Assembly: GCA_951406725.2 (NCBI GenBank)
Contig: OX597815.1
Coordinates: forward strand, 40,176,001-40,240,000
Direction of reading: 5' to 3'
Source: Octopus vulgaris
Lineage: Eukaryota
DNA length: 64,000 bases
The position numbers were made by a program, and so were the translations under genes. Of the stretch, positions 14,362 through 27,035 are shown piece after piece. Below the pieces are notes generated by a model. That model did no database searches. It was not told the origin of the DNA and saw nothing but the letters and a program-made list of their open reading frames with translations. How positions within the stretch are numbered: the stretch's first letter is position 1; each line of letters starts with the position of its first letter.

Positions 14362-14790
14362 TCATCATCATCATCATCATCATTTAGCGTCGCTTTCCAT
14401 GCTAGCATGGGTTGGATGGTTCAACTGGGGTCTGGGAAGCCAGAAGGCTGCACCAGGCCCAGTCTGACCTGGCAATGTTTCTACGGCTGGATGTCCTTCC
14501 TAACGCCAACCACTCCGTGAGTGTAGTGGGTGCTTTTTACGTGCCACCGGCACAGGTGCCAGACGGGGCTGGCAAACGGCTACGGTCGGATAGTGCTTTT
14601 TACGTGCCACCGGCACGGGTGCCAGGCGAGGCTGGCAACGGCCACGATCGGATGGTGCTTTTTACATGTCACCGGCACGGAGGCCAGTCGGGGCGGCGCT
14701 GGCAACGGCCACGATCGGATGGTTCGCTTTCGTGCCACCGGCACTGGTATCACAGCTGCAATTTCCATTGATTTTGATCGACTTCGATTT
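14362..14790 (-). mobile_element. RTE-family 3' UTR copy (family B) with internal 62-65-nt repeat array and (GAT)n tail
   Basis: catcatcat...ccatgctagcatgg...ggtgctttttacgtgccaccggcac x4. Confidence 0.8.
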
Positions 14791-15089
14791 TGGTTATATA
14801 TTCATATATATATAGAGACACTTCAATTCTCTAGTCTTCACGCCACATAATATTGGAAAACATTTTCCTATCTGCTTCTAGCTAAATACATCTACCTTCT
14901 AGTTTCCCTTCCTACTACCTGACATACCTCCCCACTACCACCACTTTTCCAGACCTGTTTCTTTGCACTAATGGCTCTGTCTACTACACTGTTCCACCAC
15001 CGTGCCACCTTAGATTTGGATGGGACTTTGCACCAGCCACAGATTTGATCAGTGGTCTCCATCAACATATATATATATTATTGGGCAAC

Positions 15090-15594
15090 ATTCCATGCTT
15101 GAGGAGACCTATTGAGTCAAATAAAATCAAAATCAATTGGAAATTGTAGTTGTGGCCGATGCCAGTGCCACCCGACTGGCTCACGTGCTGGTGGCACGCA
15201 ATAAGCACGTATTGCATGGGTCGTTAAGCACATATGCATGGGTCGTTTCCAGTGCCGCCTGATTGGGTCCCAGTGCCGGTAGCACATAAAGAGCACCTTC
15301 CGAACGTGGTCGATGCCAGCCTCCCTGCTCCAACTGGCTCCTGTACTGGTAGCACATAAAAATCACCATCCAAACGTGGCCAATGCCAGTTCTGCCTGAA
15401 TGACTCCCGTGCAGGTGGCACATAAAAAGCACCCACTACACTCTTGGAGTGGTTGGTGTTAGGAAGGGCATCAAGCTGTAGAAACATTGCCAGATCAGAT
15501 TGGAGCCTAGTGCGGCCTCCTGGCTTGCCAGTCCCCAGTCAAACCATCCAATCCATGCTAGCATGGAAAATAGACGTTAAACGATGATGATGAT
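15090..15594 (+). mobile_element. Family B RTE 3' UTR copy
   Basis: Diverged ggtggcac..aaaagcacc units and a ...catgctagcatgg...gatgatgat tail. Confidence 0.8.
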
Positions 15595-17067
15595 ATACAT
15601 ACACAAACACATGCACACAAACAAATACACATTATATGGATATTTTCAACCAAGATGTTACAACCACTAATGATTCTACAAGTGCATCAATTCTGTTTAT
15701 ATACATATATTTACTCAATTGCTGACATTTAGCAATGGTTTCTTTCTTTGTTTTGATAATGCCATTTTGTAACCTGATTACAAACTGTCAGCATTTTTAA
15801 CAACATGGGTATGCTAGATTTTAGGAAGGCAAGTGACGCAGCTGCATAGAGGTTCTTTGATACAATAAAGTGATAAAGAAAAACAGAAGGGGAAACAGCA
15901 AGAGAAAGCATAATTTGGGGAACAAAAACAAGGTCATCTAAATGAAGTGTTAGGCAATAATTATTAGGAAAGAATAAACACAGTGCAAAAACTTAAAACA
16001 GTTTACAGACAGAAATTAGAGTTATTTATCTATTGGAATTCAATGCTATTGTTTTTGAAACAAAATGTGAGTGCTGGTGAAATTTGAAAATAAAGAACTT
16101 GGGTCATATTACAAATAGTAAACATAATTCTAAGGTCCAACAAGTCCAACATCTGTTTCTATTTTTATTACATAGTCAAAGGAAAATATCTGTGTCTATA
16201 ATCTTTTTCAGAGCTTCCAAGACTGGTAGAAGGAAAGAATAATATGGTCCTTAGATCAAAGACCTGGACTAGAAACCACAACAGAATGTATTCTAATAAT
16301 GGCATCCAATGATAATATGGTTGTGTTTAACCAAGGAAGATAAATGACCCAAGTCCTATGAAAATAGTCATGGTTTGTATTGGTAAAAACAGAAATAAAT
16401 CTGGTTTCATAAGGAAAGACTCGTTCTGACATTTCATGCAAGGACCTTCCTCAAGACAAATGCGAGGTATTGGAAATGAGTTAAAAGATGTATGTGGCCC
16501 TAATGTTAAAAATTAATCATTAGATACATATTTCACTCTTATGTTCAAGACACGGCATCACAGATGCACAGTTTTATGTGTATATATGTGTGTATAAAGA
16601 CATCATTTACAATACAAAAGACAAAATTAATGGATTTAATCTATTTATTTATGTAGGTTGTACAAACTGATCCCATAAAAATTCCTTTTAAATTCTCTTT
16701 TATGGGTTTGGTAAAAAATATTTTTGGATAAATACAAAATTTGATTGTTATTAAACAATGTATTCACCTTTTTGAAAACAATAGGAAATGTAGTTACTTG
16801 AGCCTGCAAGATTTCATATTTTTTATATGAAAAATCTTTTTTTTTTTATTAGATATTATTATAATTATCTTTGTAAAAAAATTTATATCTAACCATTATA
16901 TAAATCATGTCTTTTTTTCTCTCATTCTTTGTTTCTTTTCTCTGCTTTCTCTATTAAAATTGCTTTCCAAATTCCCAAACAATGTCACATTATCTGATAT
17001 AACTTTCTAAACTGTTTCTTTTCTATTGTTTTTTCAGTTGTTCCTTTCTAAATTGATTTCTATACCT

Positions 17068-17390
17068 TACTGGCACTTGTGCTGGTGGCACGTGAAAAAA
17101 CATTCAAGCGAGGTTGTTACTAGTGCCGCTGGACTGGCTCCTTTGCAGGTGGTACATAAAAAGCACCATTTGAGCGTGGCCGTTGCCAGTACCGTTTGAC
17201 TATCTCTCGTGCTGGTGGCACATAAAAGCACCCACTACACTCTCGGAGTGGTTGGTGTTGAGAAGGGCATCCAGCTGTAGAAACTCTGCCAGATCAGATT
17301 GGAGCCTGGTGCAGCCATCTGGTTTGCCAGACCTCAGTCAAATCGTCCAACCCATGCTAGCATGGAAAGTGGACGTTAAATGATGATGAT
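17068..17390 (+). mobile_element. Family B RTE 3' UTR copy
   Basis: Same array and tail as the other family B copies. Confidence 0.8.
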
Positions 17391-17611
17391 CCTCATCATC
17401 ATAATTTCATGTTCATTTTCCATCCAAGCATGGTTCAGACAGGTTGTCATGGTTCTAAGTCAGTTCTTATTCAGAGTTACTGTCCTCCTAGATGAGTCAG
17501 AAGAACACATCTCACTTACACACTTCATTTTTAGCTTTGTTTCTACAGTCACATGCCCTTTCTGTCAACTTCCTATCAAATATAGCGGAGCAAAGAAGGT
17601 GTCTGTATCTG

Positions 17612-19160
17612 CTCCCAACCACTCCAAGAATGTAGTGGGTGCTTTTTACCGGCACAGGAGCCAGTCAGGCAGACCTGGCATCGATTGCGTTTGGATAGTG
17701 CTTTTTACATGCCAATGGCACAGGGGCCAGTCAGGCGGTATTGGCATTGACCACATTTGGATGGTGCTTTTTATGTGCCACCAGCACAGGAGCCAGTCAG
17801 GGGGCACTGGCCACAGCTATGATATTGGTTTTACTTGACTCAACAGGTCTTCTCAAGTATATCATATTGCCCAATGCATCAGGGGTACTCTTAACTGGGC
17901 CGGACATGCATGGTTGCAATCTCACTTTAGTTGCCAGGTCTTCTCAATCACAGAAATCTCCAAAGGTTTCAGTTTCCTGTCAGTGCCTCTGTGAAGCCCA
18001 ATGCTCAAAGGTCATGTTTCACTACCTCATCCTCTGTCTTCCTGGGTCTACCTCTTCCACAGGTTCCTTCCAGTTAGGGAGTGGCACTTCCTCACACAAC
18101 TGTCCTCATCCATACACAACACATGACCATACCAGCACAGTCGTCTCTCTTGCACACCACATTTGATGCTTCTTATGCCCAACTTTTCTCTCAAGGCACT
18201 TACACTCTGTTGTGTATGCACACTGAAATTTTACATCCAGTGGATCATACTAGCTTCATTTCTTTCAAGCCTATCATGTCCTCAGCAGTCATGGCCCCTG
18301 TTTCACTGCCATGTAGCATGGGGGTTCACATACATGCATCATACAGTCTACCTTTCATCCTGAGCAAGAGGCAATTAGTTGCCAGCAGAGGTAGGAGCTC
18401 TCTGAACTTTGCCTAGGCTACTCTTACTCTACACTCTCAGAGCAACCACCACCACTACAGACTTGGTCACCTAGGTAACAGAAGCTATTAACTACTTCTA
18501 GTTTCTCCCCCTGGCATGTGATGAAATCTGTTTTCTGTACATCTTCAGTGTTTATTGCTCCTGTGCATGTCACACACAAAAACCATCTTCCCAGTTAATC
18601 TTCCTTTGATATTGCTGTACCTTTTATGCGTCCATAGCCTACACCGGGTACTTCGTATGGAGTTTCTACCCACGCCTATTCTACAGATTGAGCAGGGCCA
18701 TCTACCTGAAGGGGTTTGTGATTTGATAGCCTTCTTCCTTACTAAGACTATGGTGCTGCTACACCAGTCATTGAGTATGACTCCTTCTTGAACTACCTGA
18801 TTTACTATGCAGGCAACAAGACCATAATCCACACCACCTGATATTTTAAGCATCTCAGCAGTGATTCCTGATGGGTCAGGTGCTTTCCCTTAATAGCTCT
18901 ACCTACCAAGGTACTGTCGATTCGAGTAGCTGGTCCCTCAATTGGGTCAACCTTTGGCAGACTCTCCACTTCCCATTTATTCTCCACATTCAGCAGTCTT
19001 TCATAATGGCATCTCCAAGCCTCTTTCTTAACAGAATCATTAAACACAAGGGCACCAGCATCCATGCAGACACATTTCTCTCCTATGACATCACAGTTTT
19101 CTCTCACATACTGTCTTGCAATCCAAAATACTTCAGTTCATTGAACATTGGCAACCCATG
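17612..19160 (-). mobile_element. RTE LINE relic: ORF2 fragments followed by the family B 3' UTR array
   Basis: Fragments EAWRCHYERLLNVEN, WPCSICRIGVGRNS and GRPRKT-like C-terminus, followed by the repeat array. This links family B to an RTE LINE. Confidence 0.75.
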
Positions 19161-19639
19161 TCTCAGGAAATTAGAATATTAAAGGTAAAAAAGGATTGTT
19201 CAAAAGTTATTTTTCTGCAGAATAGATATGGCAGTTGTGCTTCATTTCTCTCTATCTGTACTCTTATTCTTAATTAGTCTATAGTAATCATTCTAGAAAT
19301 TAGTGAGATTGTTCACCAAATATGTGAATTCTGCTTTTCTCAAAATATTACAATATTCTCTGAGCACAGCTAAGCAATACTACTACAATCACTCCTTTTA
19401 TATCATTTTTTTAATATCCCTAAATTTTTTCAGAAAAACAAATTAGTACTGCAATAATAGACAAAATGTCTGATCTAACAGTTGTCCAAAAGACAATTAG
19501 TGAAGCAATCCACAAAGAGAAGAATATATAGGAAGTTACTGTAGAAACAGCTGGCTGTTCCTGGTATTCTGTGTTGGAGAATATCACTGGAATTTTGTCT
19601 GGATGAGCAACATGTGACAGAAAGAGATGCACCATCAAG

Positions 19640-20052
19640 TGGAATGTTTACAGCCTAAGAAGACCTTAAAAAGAGCTGATTTGATAATGTGGGAGAAATC
19701 CAAAAGTGAAACCAAGAGCCACCATTTATAGACAATTTCAAAAAGTGGGGAACCATAAACAAATACCCTCTTTTCAATGACAGGCAGACTCACAAGTGGT
19801 TGACTTGATCTAAGATGAAGCATAATTGGAATGTTGAGCATTGGTCCAAATGTTGTTTTCTAATGAAGGTTACGGAGTATGGAGAAGTGCTGCAGAAGTA
19901 TATTATTCCAGCTGTTTGAAATCTTGTATCAAGTTCCTACAATCAGTGATAGTTTGAGGTGCCATGTCACCTGCAGATTTTGTTTCACTAGGTTTCCTCA
20001 GAATACACTCAACAGAGTTGTCTACCAAAAGATCTTGGAGCACTTCATGGTG
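19640..20052 (+). mobile_element. Degenerate Tc1-like transposase fragment
   Basis: Read across stops and shifts: LFSNE...KFLQSVIV*GAMSPA...VVYQKILEHFM, typical of the Tc1 DDE region. Confidence 0.55.
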
Positions 20053-20321
20053 ATGAAATATGTATGTACATATGTATGCATATATGTATGTGAAAGTGTG
20101 TGTGTGTGTGTTTTTACTGGTTAAACTAGTGTTGAAATATATCTCTTTATTTCACTGTAACTTAACAGTCTAACAAATAAAGAACAATAAATTAGATACC
20201 AAACTAAACTAAACACTTGGGTCCATATGATCAAATGAGGTTTGTAACCTGGTAGAGTTGATCAGTGTCTAACTACATTCATTCACAAGAGATTGCATTA
20301 TTAATCCAGATAGATATAGTA

Positions 20322-20363
<42 letters not shown>

Positions 20364-20473
20364 AAGATGTTGAAATGCTGGCTTTAAAGTTCATACATTC
20401 CAATCTTGCTAGTTATTTTCTTATGCTATTTTTCCCATTATTAGTCTGCTTGGCTGACAAAAGATTTCATTTA

Positions 20474-20504
<31 letters not shown>

Positions 20505-21030
20505 AGATCAATAGAGAGTATATGCAACTCTAATGGTGATATATTCTTTTTATCAACAAGCATTAAGAATGTTCAAATAACGGATAATGATTATTATATA
20601 GTAGATTATTACAAAGGAATGAATAATACAGAGGGATTTAGTGGGAAAGAGGTTCTGAACTACAAATCTCATCTTGTGTGCTTCCATCTATGTACTCTAT
20701 GATTTAATCACACAATCCTTTAAGTGTCTATTTTTCTATATACACACACATCTTACAGGTGTATGAAATAATGGATAAGAAGACCATTAAAACCTTATGT
20801 GAAAACCCTGCAGTAGTTGTAGTAGAACAACTGAATACGGTTTTTGTGTACATACAGACCAAAGTATAATATATACAGAAACACAGAAGATAGGATTACT
20901 AGAGCAGAAAATCATACATAATTTAATTCCTAATCAGAAAATGAACAGGGAAACATAAAAAGGAGAAAGCTTTAAAAGCAGAAACACTTGGGTGGAAATA
21001 ATTTGTTTTATTCATTTTTTTTTAACATTA

Positions 21031-21128
21031 TTATCTTTGTGATGAGGCTGATGGAGTATTTATACCTGGAATATCACTAATGGATCTGTACAGACTGTTT
21101 GAATTGTTCGACAGGGAGTTGTAGTGGC
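21031..21128 (-). CDS. OSTM1: OSTM1 exon 6 (cytosolic tail and stop)
   Basis: TTTTCAG acceptor with a phase-1-compatible open frame, (C)HYNSLSNNSNSLYRSISDIPGINTPSASSQR-TAA. Total CDS is 987 nt (328 aa). The tail is poorly conserved, so this exon rests on splice and phase logic. Confidence 0.75.
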
Positions 21129-21266
21129 CTGAAAATATTTAAAGAAATAAATAAAGAGAGAGAGAGAGAGAGAGAGAGAGATGAACAGACAGACAGGCAA
21201 GATAGCTCGATAGGCAGATAAGAAAGAAAGATACAAACAGATAATTATTCGTAGTTCTAAGCAAGA

Positions 21267-21308
<42 letters not shown>

Positions 21309-22441
21309 TTATATATATATATATATATGTATGTATTGGTAAAAACGGTAAGATAACAAAAGAAAGAAAGAGACCTCAATACTATGTAAATAGAGGAAAT
21401 TTATCTGTAAATTAATATGTTACCAATATTCGATAGCCAAGATAAAACTGAGTGTGATCTTGGCTATTGAATATTGGTAACATATTAATTTACAGATATA
21501 TATGTATGTATATATATTATGTTTGTAGTAGAAGATGTGAAGATGTTAAATGAATTGACTATACTTGTAACTTATTCTATTGATCCTGACAGGATTTGAA
21601 CACAGAAAGATAAAAGAAAAAAAGAAACAGAAAAAAATCTAAATGCTGTGAAGCACTTCTGTCACTGAGCCATTTCATTTTTTATACAAGAAATTTACTC
21701 CTAGCAGTTCTACAAAATATTTGTATAAAACATAAATTACGCAACATATAATGATTTATATATGGAGAGTAATATTATAGAAGAGGCACGACACATTGGA
21801 AGTAACAAAACTTGAACCAATTGCCTTGTAGACAGTAAGTAGTACAGGATCTTAATCTCACAACCTCTGTACATCTATAACTATGTATTACAGCCTTCAG
21901 AGAAATGTAAGCAACCAACTTCTATCATAACTCCACAACTATAATAATCCTTTCTACTGTAGGCACAAGGCCTGAAATTTTGGGGGAGGGGACTAGTCGG
22001 TTACATTGACCTCGGTGTTTCACCGGTATTTATTTTACTGCTCCCAAAAGGATGAAAGGCAAAATTGACTTTAGTGGAATTTAAACTCAGAACAGAGCAA
22101 AAAGTAAAATACCACTAAGCACTTTGTCCAGCATGCTAACAACTCTGCCAGCTTGCCGCCTTTCCACAACTATAATAATGTTATAACCATGCCCATCACC
22201 TTTTAAGCAGTGATTTCATGATAGAATAATTTATTTCTTTATAAGTACAAAGATATTTTGTACAGAAATACAGTTGGGCAAAAAAAAAACACTAAAATAT
22301 TGCTACTATTTCTAAATCAATCACTTTGATTTAGAAAAGCACAGCACTCACTTCAGTTGTAGCCACTAGCCTTCATTTCTTTGAATAAAAAGTTTCAATG
22401 TCTTTGCCTAACATTTTTGTAGATAATAAATCCCCTTTTTG

Positions 22442-22740
22442 TTTGTTCCTTCTCAAGCCATGCCTGGCTCATAACGGCCGGTTTCCCGGTTTCCTTGGCG
22501 TATAGGTTCCCCACCTGGACGGGATGCCGGTCCGTCACAGGTGAGCTGCAAGATGCAGGAAGAAAGAGTGAGAGAAAGTTGTGGTGAAAGAGTCAGCAGA
22601 AGTTTGCCATTACCTTCTGCTGGAACCACGTGGAGCTTAGGTGTTTTGCTCATAAACACACACATTGCCCGGTCTGAGATTTGAACCTACATTCCCTCGA
22701 CCGCGAGTCCGCTGCTCTAACCACTCGGCCATGCACCGCC
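22442..22740 (-). mobile_element. Full-length tRNA-derived SINE in OSTM1 intron 5
   Basis: Minus-strand head ggcggtgcatggccgagtggttagagcagcggactc...ggttcaaatc (A and B boxes) and an A-rich tail. Confidence 0.8.
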
Positions 22741-23149
22741 AATAAATCCCCTTCAATAAGCTCCACCCACTTACTGCTTATAAAATAGAGACATCTTTGA
22801 AGTCCTATAGGACATTATCGTCATTTAATGTCTTCCTTCCATGCTGGCATGGGTTGGAATGTCTGACGGGAGTTAGAAGACTGTGTCAAGCTCTACTCTC
22901 TGCACTGGTATGGTTTCTTTGGCTGGATATCCTTCCTGATGCCAACAATTTTACAGAGTGTACTGTGTGATTTTTATGTGACACTAGCAGCAGTGAGGTC
23001 ACCAAGTAACTTGCAAGACAAGACGCCCTCAGCTGAGGAGAGAATGGTAATGAGGGAGGTGGCCTTATGCCATGTGGAAAGAGGTTAGAGAATGAATAGA
23101 GGGGACAAAATTAAGCATTGTGCAGTAGAGAAGTTACATGGCCATCTTA

Positions 23150-23475
23150 GTTGGGAGGGGGGCAAGAGGGGGGAGAGGGGGAGAGGATGAGGAGAGAGGG
23201 GGGAGAGGAGAAAGGAGATGAGAGAGGAAAGAGGGGATGGGAGGAGAGGGGGAATAGGGGAGGGGGAGGCGATAGGGAGGAGAGGGGGAATAGGGGAGGG
23301 GGAGGCGATAGGGAGGAGAGGAGAGTGGAGAGAGTGGGAGGAGAGGGGAGGGGCGAGAGGGGAGGGGCGAGAGGGGAGGGGCGAGAGGGGAGGGGGAGGC
23401 GAGAGAGTGAGGGGAGAGGAGAGAGGGGATAGAGGAGAGAGGGGATAGAGGAGAGAGGGGAGAGGAGAGAGTGAT
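23150..23475. repeat. G/A-rich polypurine tract
   Basis: About 320 bp almost entirely purine on the plus strand, with many G3-G5 runs. Confidence 0.9.
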
Positions 23476-23740
23476 GGAAGAACGTAAAGATGTGATGAGA
23501 CATACTCAAATTACAGGGAGCTGTAAATAAGTGAAATGGAGCCAAGGATTGAATCAGGTGAATGTGTGGGTAAGTTGACTAGATTGGTTTACAATAAAGT
23601 CAAGATGACAAAGTTTAATAACAATTAAACGGTTTGCTCAATTAACTATCCCTAACACCATAGGCTCAGTCAAACAGAGTTGACCTCACTAACAACAAAA
23701 ACAACAACTTTTAATCAGAAGGAGAACTGAAGATACTCAC

Positions 23741-23900
23741 AGAAATTGAAAAGTTTTCCTTTGCCAATAAGATACATGCATACATAGTAGATAACGGTGA
23801 TGATTATGAGGCTAACTGAAACACTAACAGTTAACACTGTATTGTCTTGTCTGTTTTTGGTAGGACAATCTTGGCTCCACAGCAGCCTGGTGTAGTTCAT
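23741..23900 (-). CDS. OSTM1: OSTM1 exon 5 (MNxTRxLWS motif and transmembrane helix)
   Basis: TTTTAG acceptor. Encodes MNYTRLLWSQDCPTKNRQDNTVLTVSVSVSLIIITVIYYVCMYLIGKGKLFNF. GTGAGT donor at 23740; 160 nt, phase 1. Confidence 0.93.
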
Positions 23901-24006
23901 CTAAAAGTCAGATCATTGAAAATAGGAAAAGAAAACATGTCTGGAAATTATGAGAATATTAACATGGCTTTTAAAGTAGTCTAAATTAAAGAATATAAAC
24001 ATTCCT

Positions 24007-24173
24007 CGGGAGTGGCTGTGTGGTAAGTAGCTTGCTAACCAACTACATGGTTCTGGGTTCAGTCCCACTGCGTGGCATCTTGGGCAAGTGTCTTCTGCTA
24101 TAGCCCCGGGCCGACCAATGCCTTGTGAGTGGATTTGGTAGACGGAAACTGAAAGAAGCCTGTCGTATATATG

Positions 24174-24215
<42 letters not shown>

Positions 24216-24430
24216 GTGTGTGTGTATGTGTTTGTCCCCCTAGCATTGCTTGACAACCGATGCTGGTGTGTTTACGTCCCCGTCACTTAGCGGTTCAGCA
24301 AGAGACCGATAGAACAAGTACTGGGCTTACAAAGAATAAGTCCCGGGGTCGATTTGCTCGACTAAAGGCGGTGCTCCAGCATGGCCACAGTCAAATGACT
24401 GAAACAAGTAAACGAGAGTAAAAGAGAGTA
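24007..24430 (+). mobile_element. Family A tRNA-derived SINE, near full length
   Basis: Head gagtggctgtgtggtaag...gggttcagtccc, CORE-like ttgggcaagtgtctt, internal (TA)(TG) tract, tail gagtaaaagagagta. Confidence 0.88.
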
Positions 24431-24582
24431 TAGCACATAGAATGAGAGAATCTCAATGTGATTTGTTAACCTGATGGCCAAATTCAAACAAATTTCTCTC
24501 ATTCCAAACTTTAAAAAGGGATACATTAAGTAAGGTAGCCCTGAGATATATGTCATCAGAAAAATACATATAAGATTTTGAT

Positions 24583-24809
24583 ACTCTCTTTACTCTTTTA
24601 CTTCTTTCAGTCATGTGACTGTGGCCATGCTGGAGCACCGCCTTTAGTTGAGCAAATCGACCCCAGGACTTATTCTTTGTAAGCCTAGTACTTATTCTAG
24701 CGGTCTCTTTTGCCGAACCACTAAGTTACAGGGACATACACACATCAGCGTTGGTTGTCAAGCAATGCTGGGGGGACAAACACAGACACACAAACACACA
24801 CACACACAC

Positions 24810-24843
<34 letters not shown>

Positions 24844-25020
24844 ATATATATACATATATGATGGGTTTCTTTCAGTTTCTGTCTACCAAATCCACTCACA
24901 AGGCTTTGGTCTGTCCAAGGCTATAGTAGAAGACACTTGCCCAAGGTGCCACGCAGTTGGATTGAACCCAGAATCATGTGGTTCGTAAGCAAGCTACTTA
25001 CCACACAGCCACTCCTGCGC
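24583..25020 (-). mobile_element. Family A SINE, inverted relative to 24007-24430
   Basis: Reverse-complement match across the whole element. Confidence 0.88.
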
Positions 25021-25229
25021 TATAGGGATTTATTTTAAATAAGGATTGATAGGGATTTATTTATTTTAAATATGAATACTTTAGTACAGGCAATCTTAGG
25101 TAGGATTGTTATTAAAAGGAATAAATGGGATAATATGCCTGTAGATACCGAAAAGGAAAAAAAATGAATTGCATCTCAGCACTTAGTGACAGAATCTATA
25201 TGCCTCCTCCTCTGCAAAAAAGTACTCAC

Positions 25230-25343
25230 CATATCCATAACGTCCATGCAGATACTTGGAGAAGAATAATCTTCTATAGTCCTGAAGTCAGAGTTGAGTT
25301 TCTTGTAGCTTTCAATACAGGCCTGACAGATGTTCATCTTTGA
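25230..25343 (-). CDS. OSTM1: OSTM1 exon 4
   Basis: TAG acceptor after a T-rich tract. Encodes SKMNICQACIESYKKLNSDFRTIEDYSSPSICMDVMDM (CxxC...Y..L...CxD motif). GTGAGT donor; 114 nt. Confidence 0.92.
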
Positions 25344-25410
25344 CTAATGATAAATAAATAAATAAACAAACAAATAAATACTTCTAAATAATTAGGAAGG
25401 AATGAATATA

Positions 25411-25800
25411 TCTTTATATATAAAAGAGAGGTTGTGTGTCTGTCTCCTACGATTTAGATTCCTAACTACTCCCACATTTTGCGGTGCAGTTTAACCAATC
25501 TTATAGTCGTGATTCATATCGAGCCCTTCTGGGTATTAGTGCGCATCTACGATGAGTCTACGATTTAAAAAAAAAATTTACCATCATTTTTTCCATTTTA
25601 ATGCATTTTTTTCGCTATTATATAAGGGAAGTAACTCTCTAAAAATGTCTACGATGAGTCAACGATTTAAAAAAAAATTTACCATAATTTCTTTTCCATT
25701 TTTAATGCATTTTTTTGCTATTTTTTGGCTTTAACTCTCTAAAAATGCTTATATAGTTATTTCCCTTACAAACCCGAGCAACGCGGGGCGATACTGCTAG
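25411..25800 (+). mobile_element. Non-autonomous Helitron
   Basis: A|TC...CTAG|T termini, subterminal GC hairpin (cccgagcaacgcggg), and an internal tandem duplication of about 100 bp. Confidence 0.8.
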
Positions 25801-25832
<32 letters not shown>

Positions 25833-25836
25833 CATA

Positions 25837-27035
25837 CAGTAATCACTCACCATAACGTGGTTCACCTATTGCACCCTCAGTATATAATGGATTTTTCTGG
25901 CTAATATAGGTAAATTTATATTGCGGACTCCTCAGTATATCGCAGGTTTCTACAGTTGATAGGTATTAAAAGTTTTGGTAAATTTCTATATTAACACCCA
26001 CACGATTTTCACTAACAAAAAAAAAAAAAACTCAGATTTTTTGCATGGAATCAAGTATCCTGAGCTCCTAATATACTGCAAATCCCTTAGTTTGGTTCGT
26101 AAAAATGGGGAGAGCCAGGGGCGAGGGGGGACGCCCCCCATCCTAGAATCGTTGGAAATTCTTTTGTTGAATGAATTCCTGTGACCCCCACCCCATTTTC
26201 CGGACACAAAATAAGTTTTGTAGTATATTAGGAGGTCACTGGAACTCATTCAACACCAGAAAAAAAAATTTCCAATGATTCAGGGATATGAGCGGGGAAG
26301 CTCTGGTTTACCACCCCCTTTTTTTCTGAAACAAAATAAGAGGTTTGCAGCATATTAGGTCAGGGTACTTGATTCCATGCAAAAAAATCCAACTTTTTCA
26401 TTTTTTTTCCTTAGTGAAAATCGGGCAGGTGAAAAGATCAATGGGGATGGGGGGTGGAATCTCCAAGGCTTCCACATCACCCCACCCCATTTTTCAGACA
26501 CCAAAAAGGGTTTTGTAGCATATTAGAAGGTCACAGGAATTCATTCAACAAAAAAAAAATTTCCAATGTTTCCAGGATGGGGGGGAGGTCTCCCCCTAAT
26601 CCCACCACCACCACCACCACCTTTTTCCAAACCAAAATAAGGGATTTGCAGCATATTAGGAGATCAGAGTACTTGATTCCATGCAAAAAATCCGAGTTGA
26701 TTTTTTTCTTAGTGAAAATCATGCAGGTGTTAATATAAAAATTTACCAAATACATTACAGTACTACACTGTATAACACATTAATTAAGATATATTAAAAG
26801 AAAATACATAGTGTACCATAGATGAGTAAACAAAGAACCACACATACTGTATGGAAAACTAAAGTCGGGAAGCGAGTATGTGGTGTTGTTTTGCATTTAT
26901 AAGAAAATAAATATATACAAATTATAAAAATAATTTTAAAAAATATACTGTACAGTACTGTTTCTACTTCTTGGATTTTCACCTATTGTGGTGGGGTTTT
27001 GGAACGTAACAATCGCAATAGTCGAGGGATTACTG
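25837..27035. mobile_element. Tigger-like non-autonomous element with a nested foldback element (25977-26747)
   Basis: Outer TIRs CAGTAATC(A/C)CTC. The inner element has long inverted arms beginning GGTAAATTT and ending AAATTTACC. Confidence 0.6.

Noticed and set aside
14529-14745. CRISPR-like repeat/spacer appearance of the GGTGCTTTTTACGTGCCACCGGCAC arrays
   Set aside because: The intervening segments are homologous to each other and recur between dispersed copies. The arrays sit in an RTE 3' UTR in eukaryotic DNA with no cas genes.
23151-23545. Gly/Arg/Glu-rich and Pro/Leu/Ser-rich ORFs
   Set aside because: Low-complexity purine tract inside an intron.
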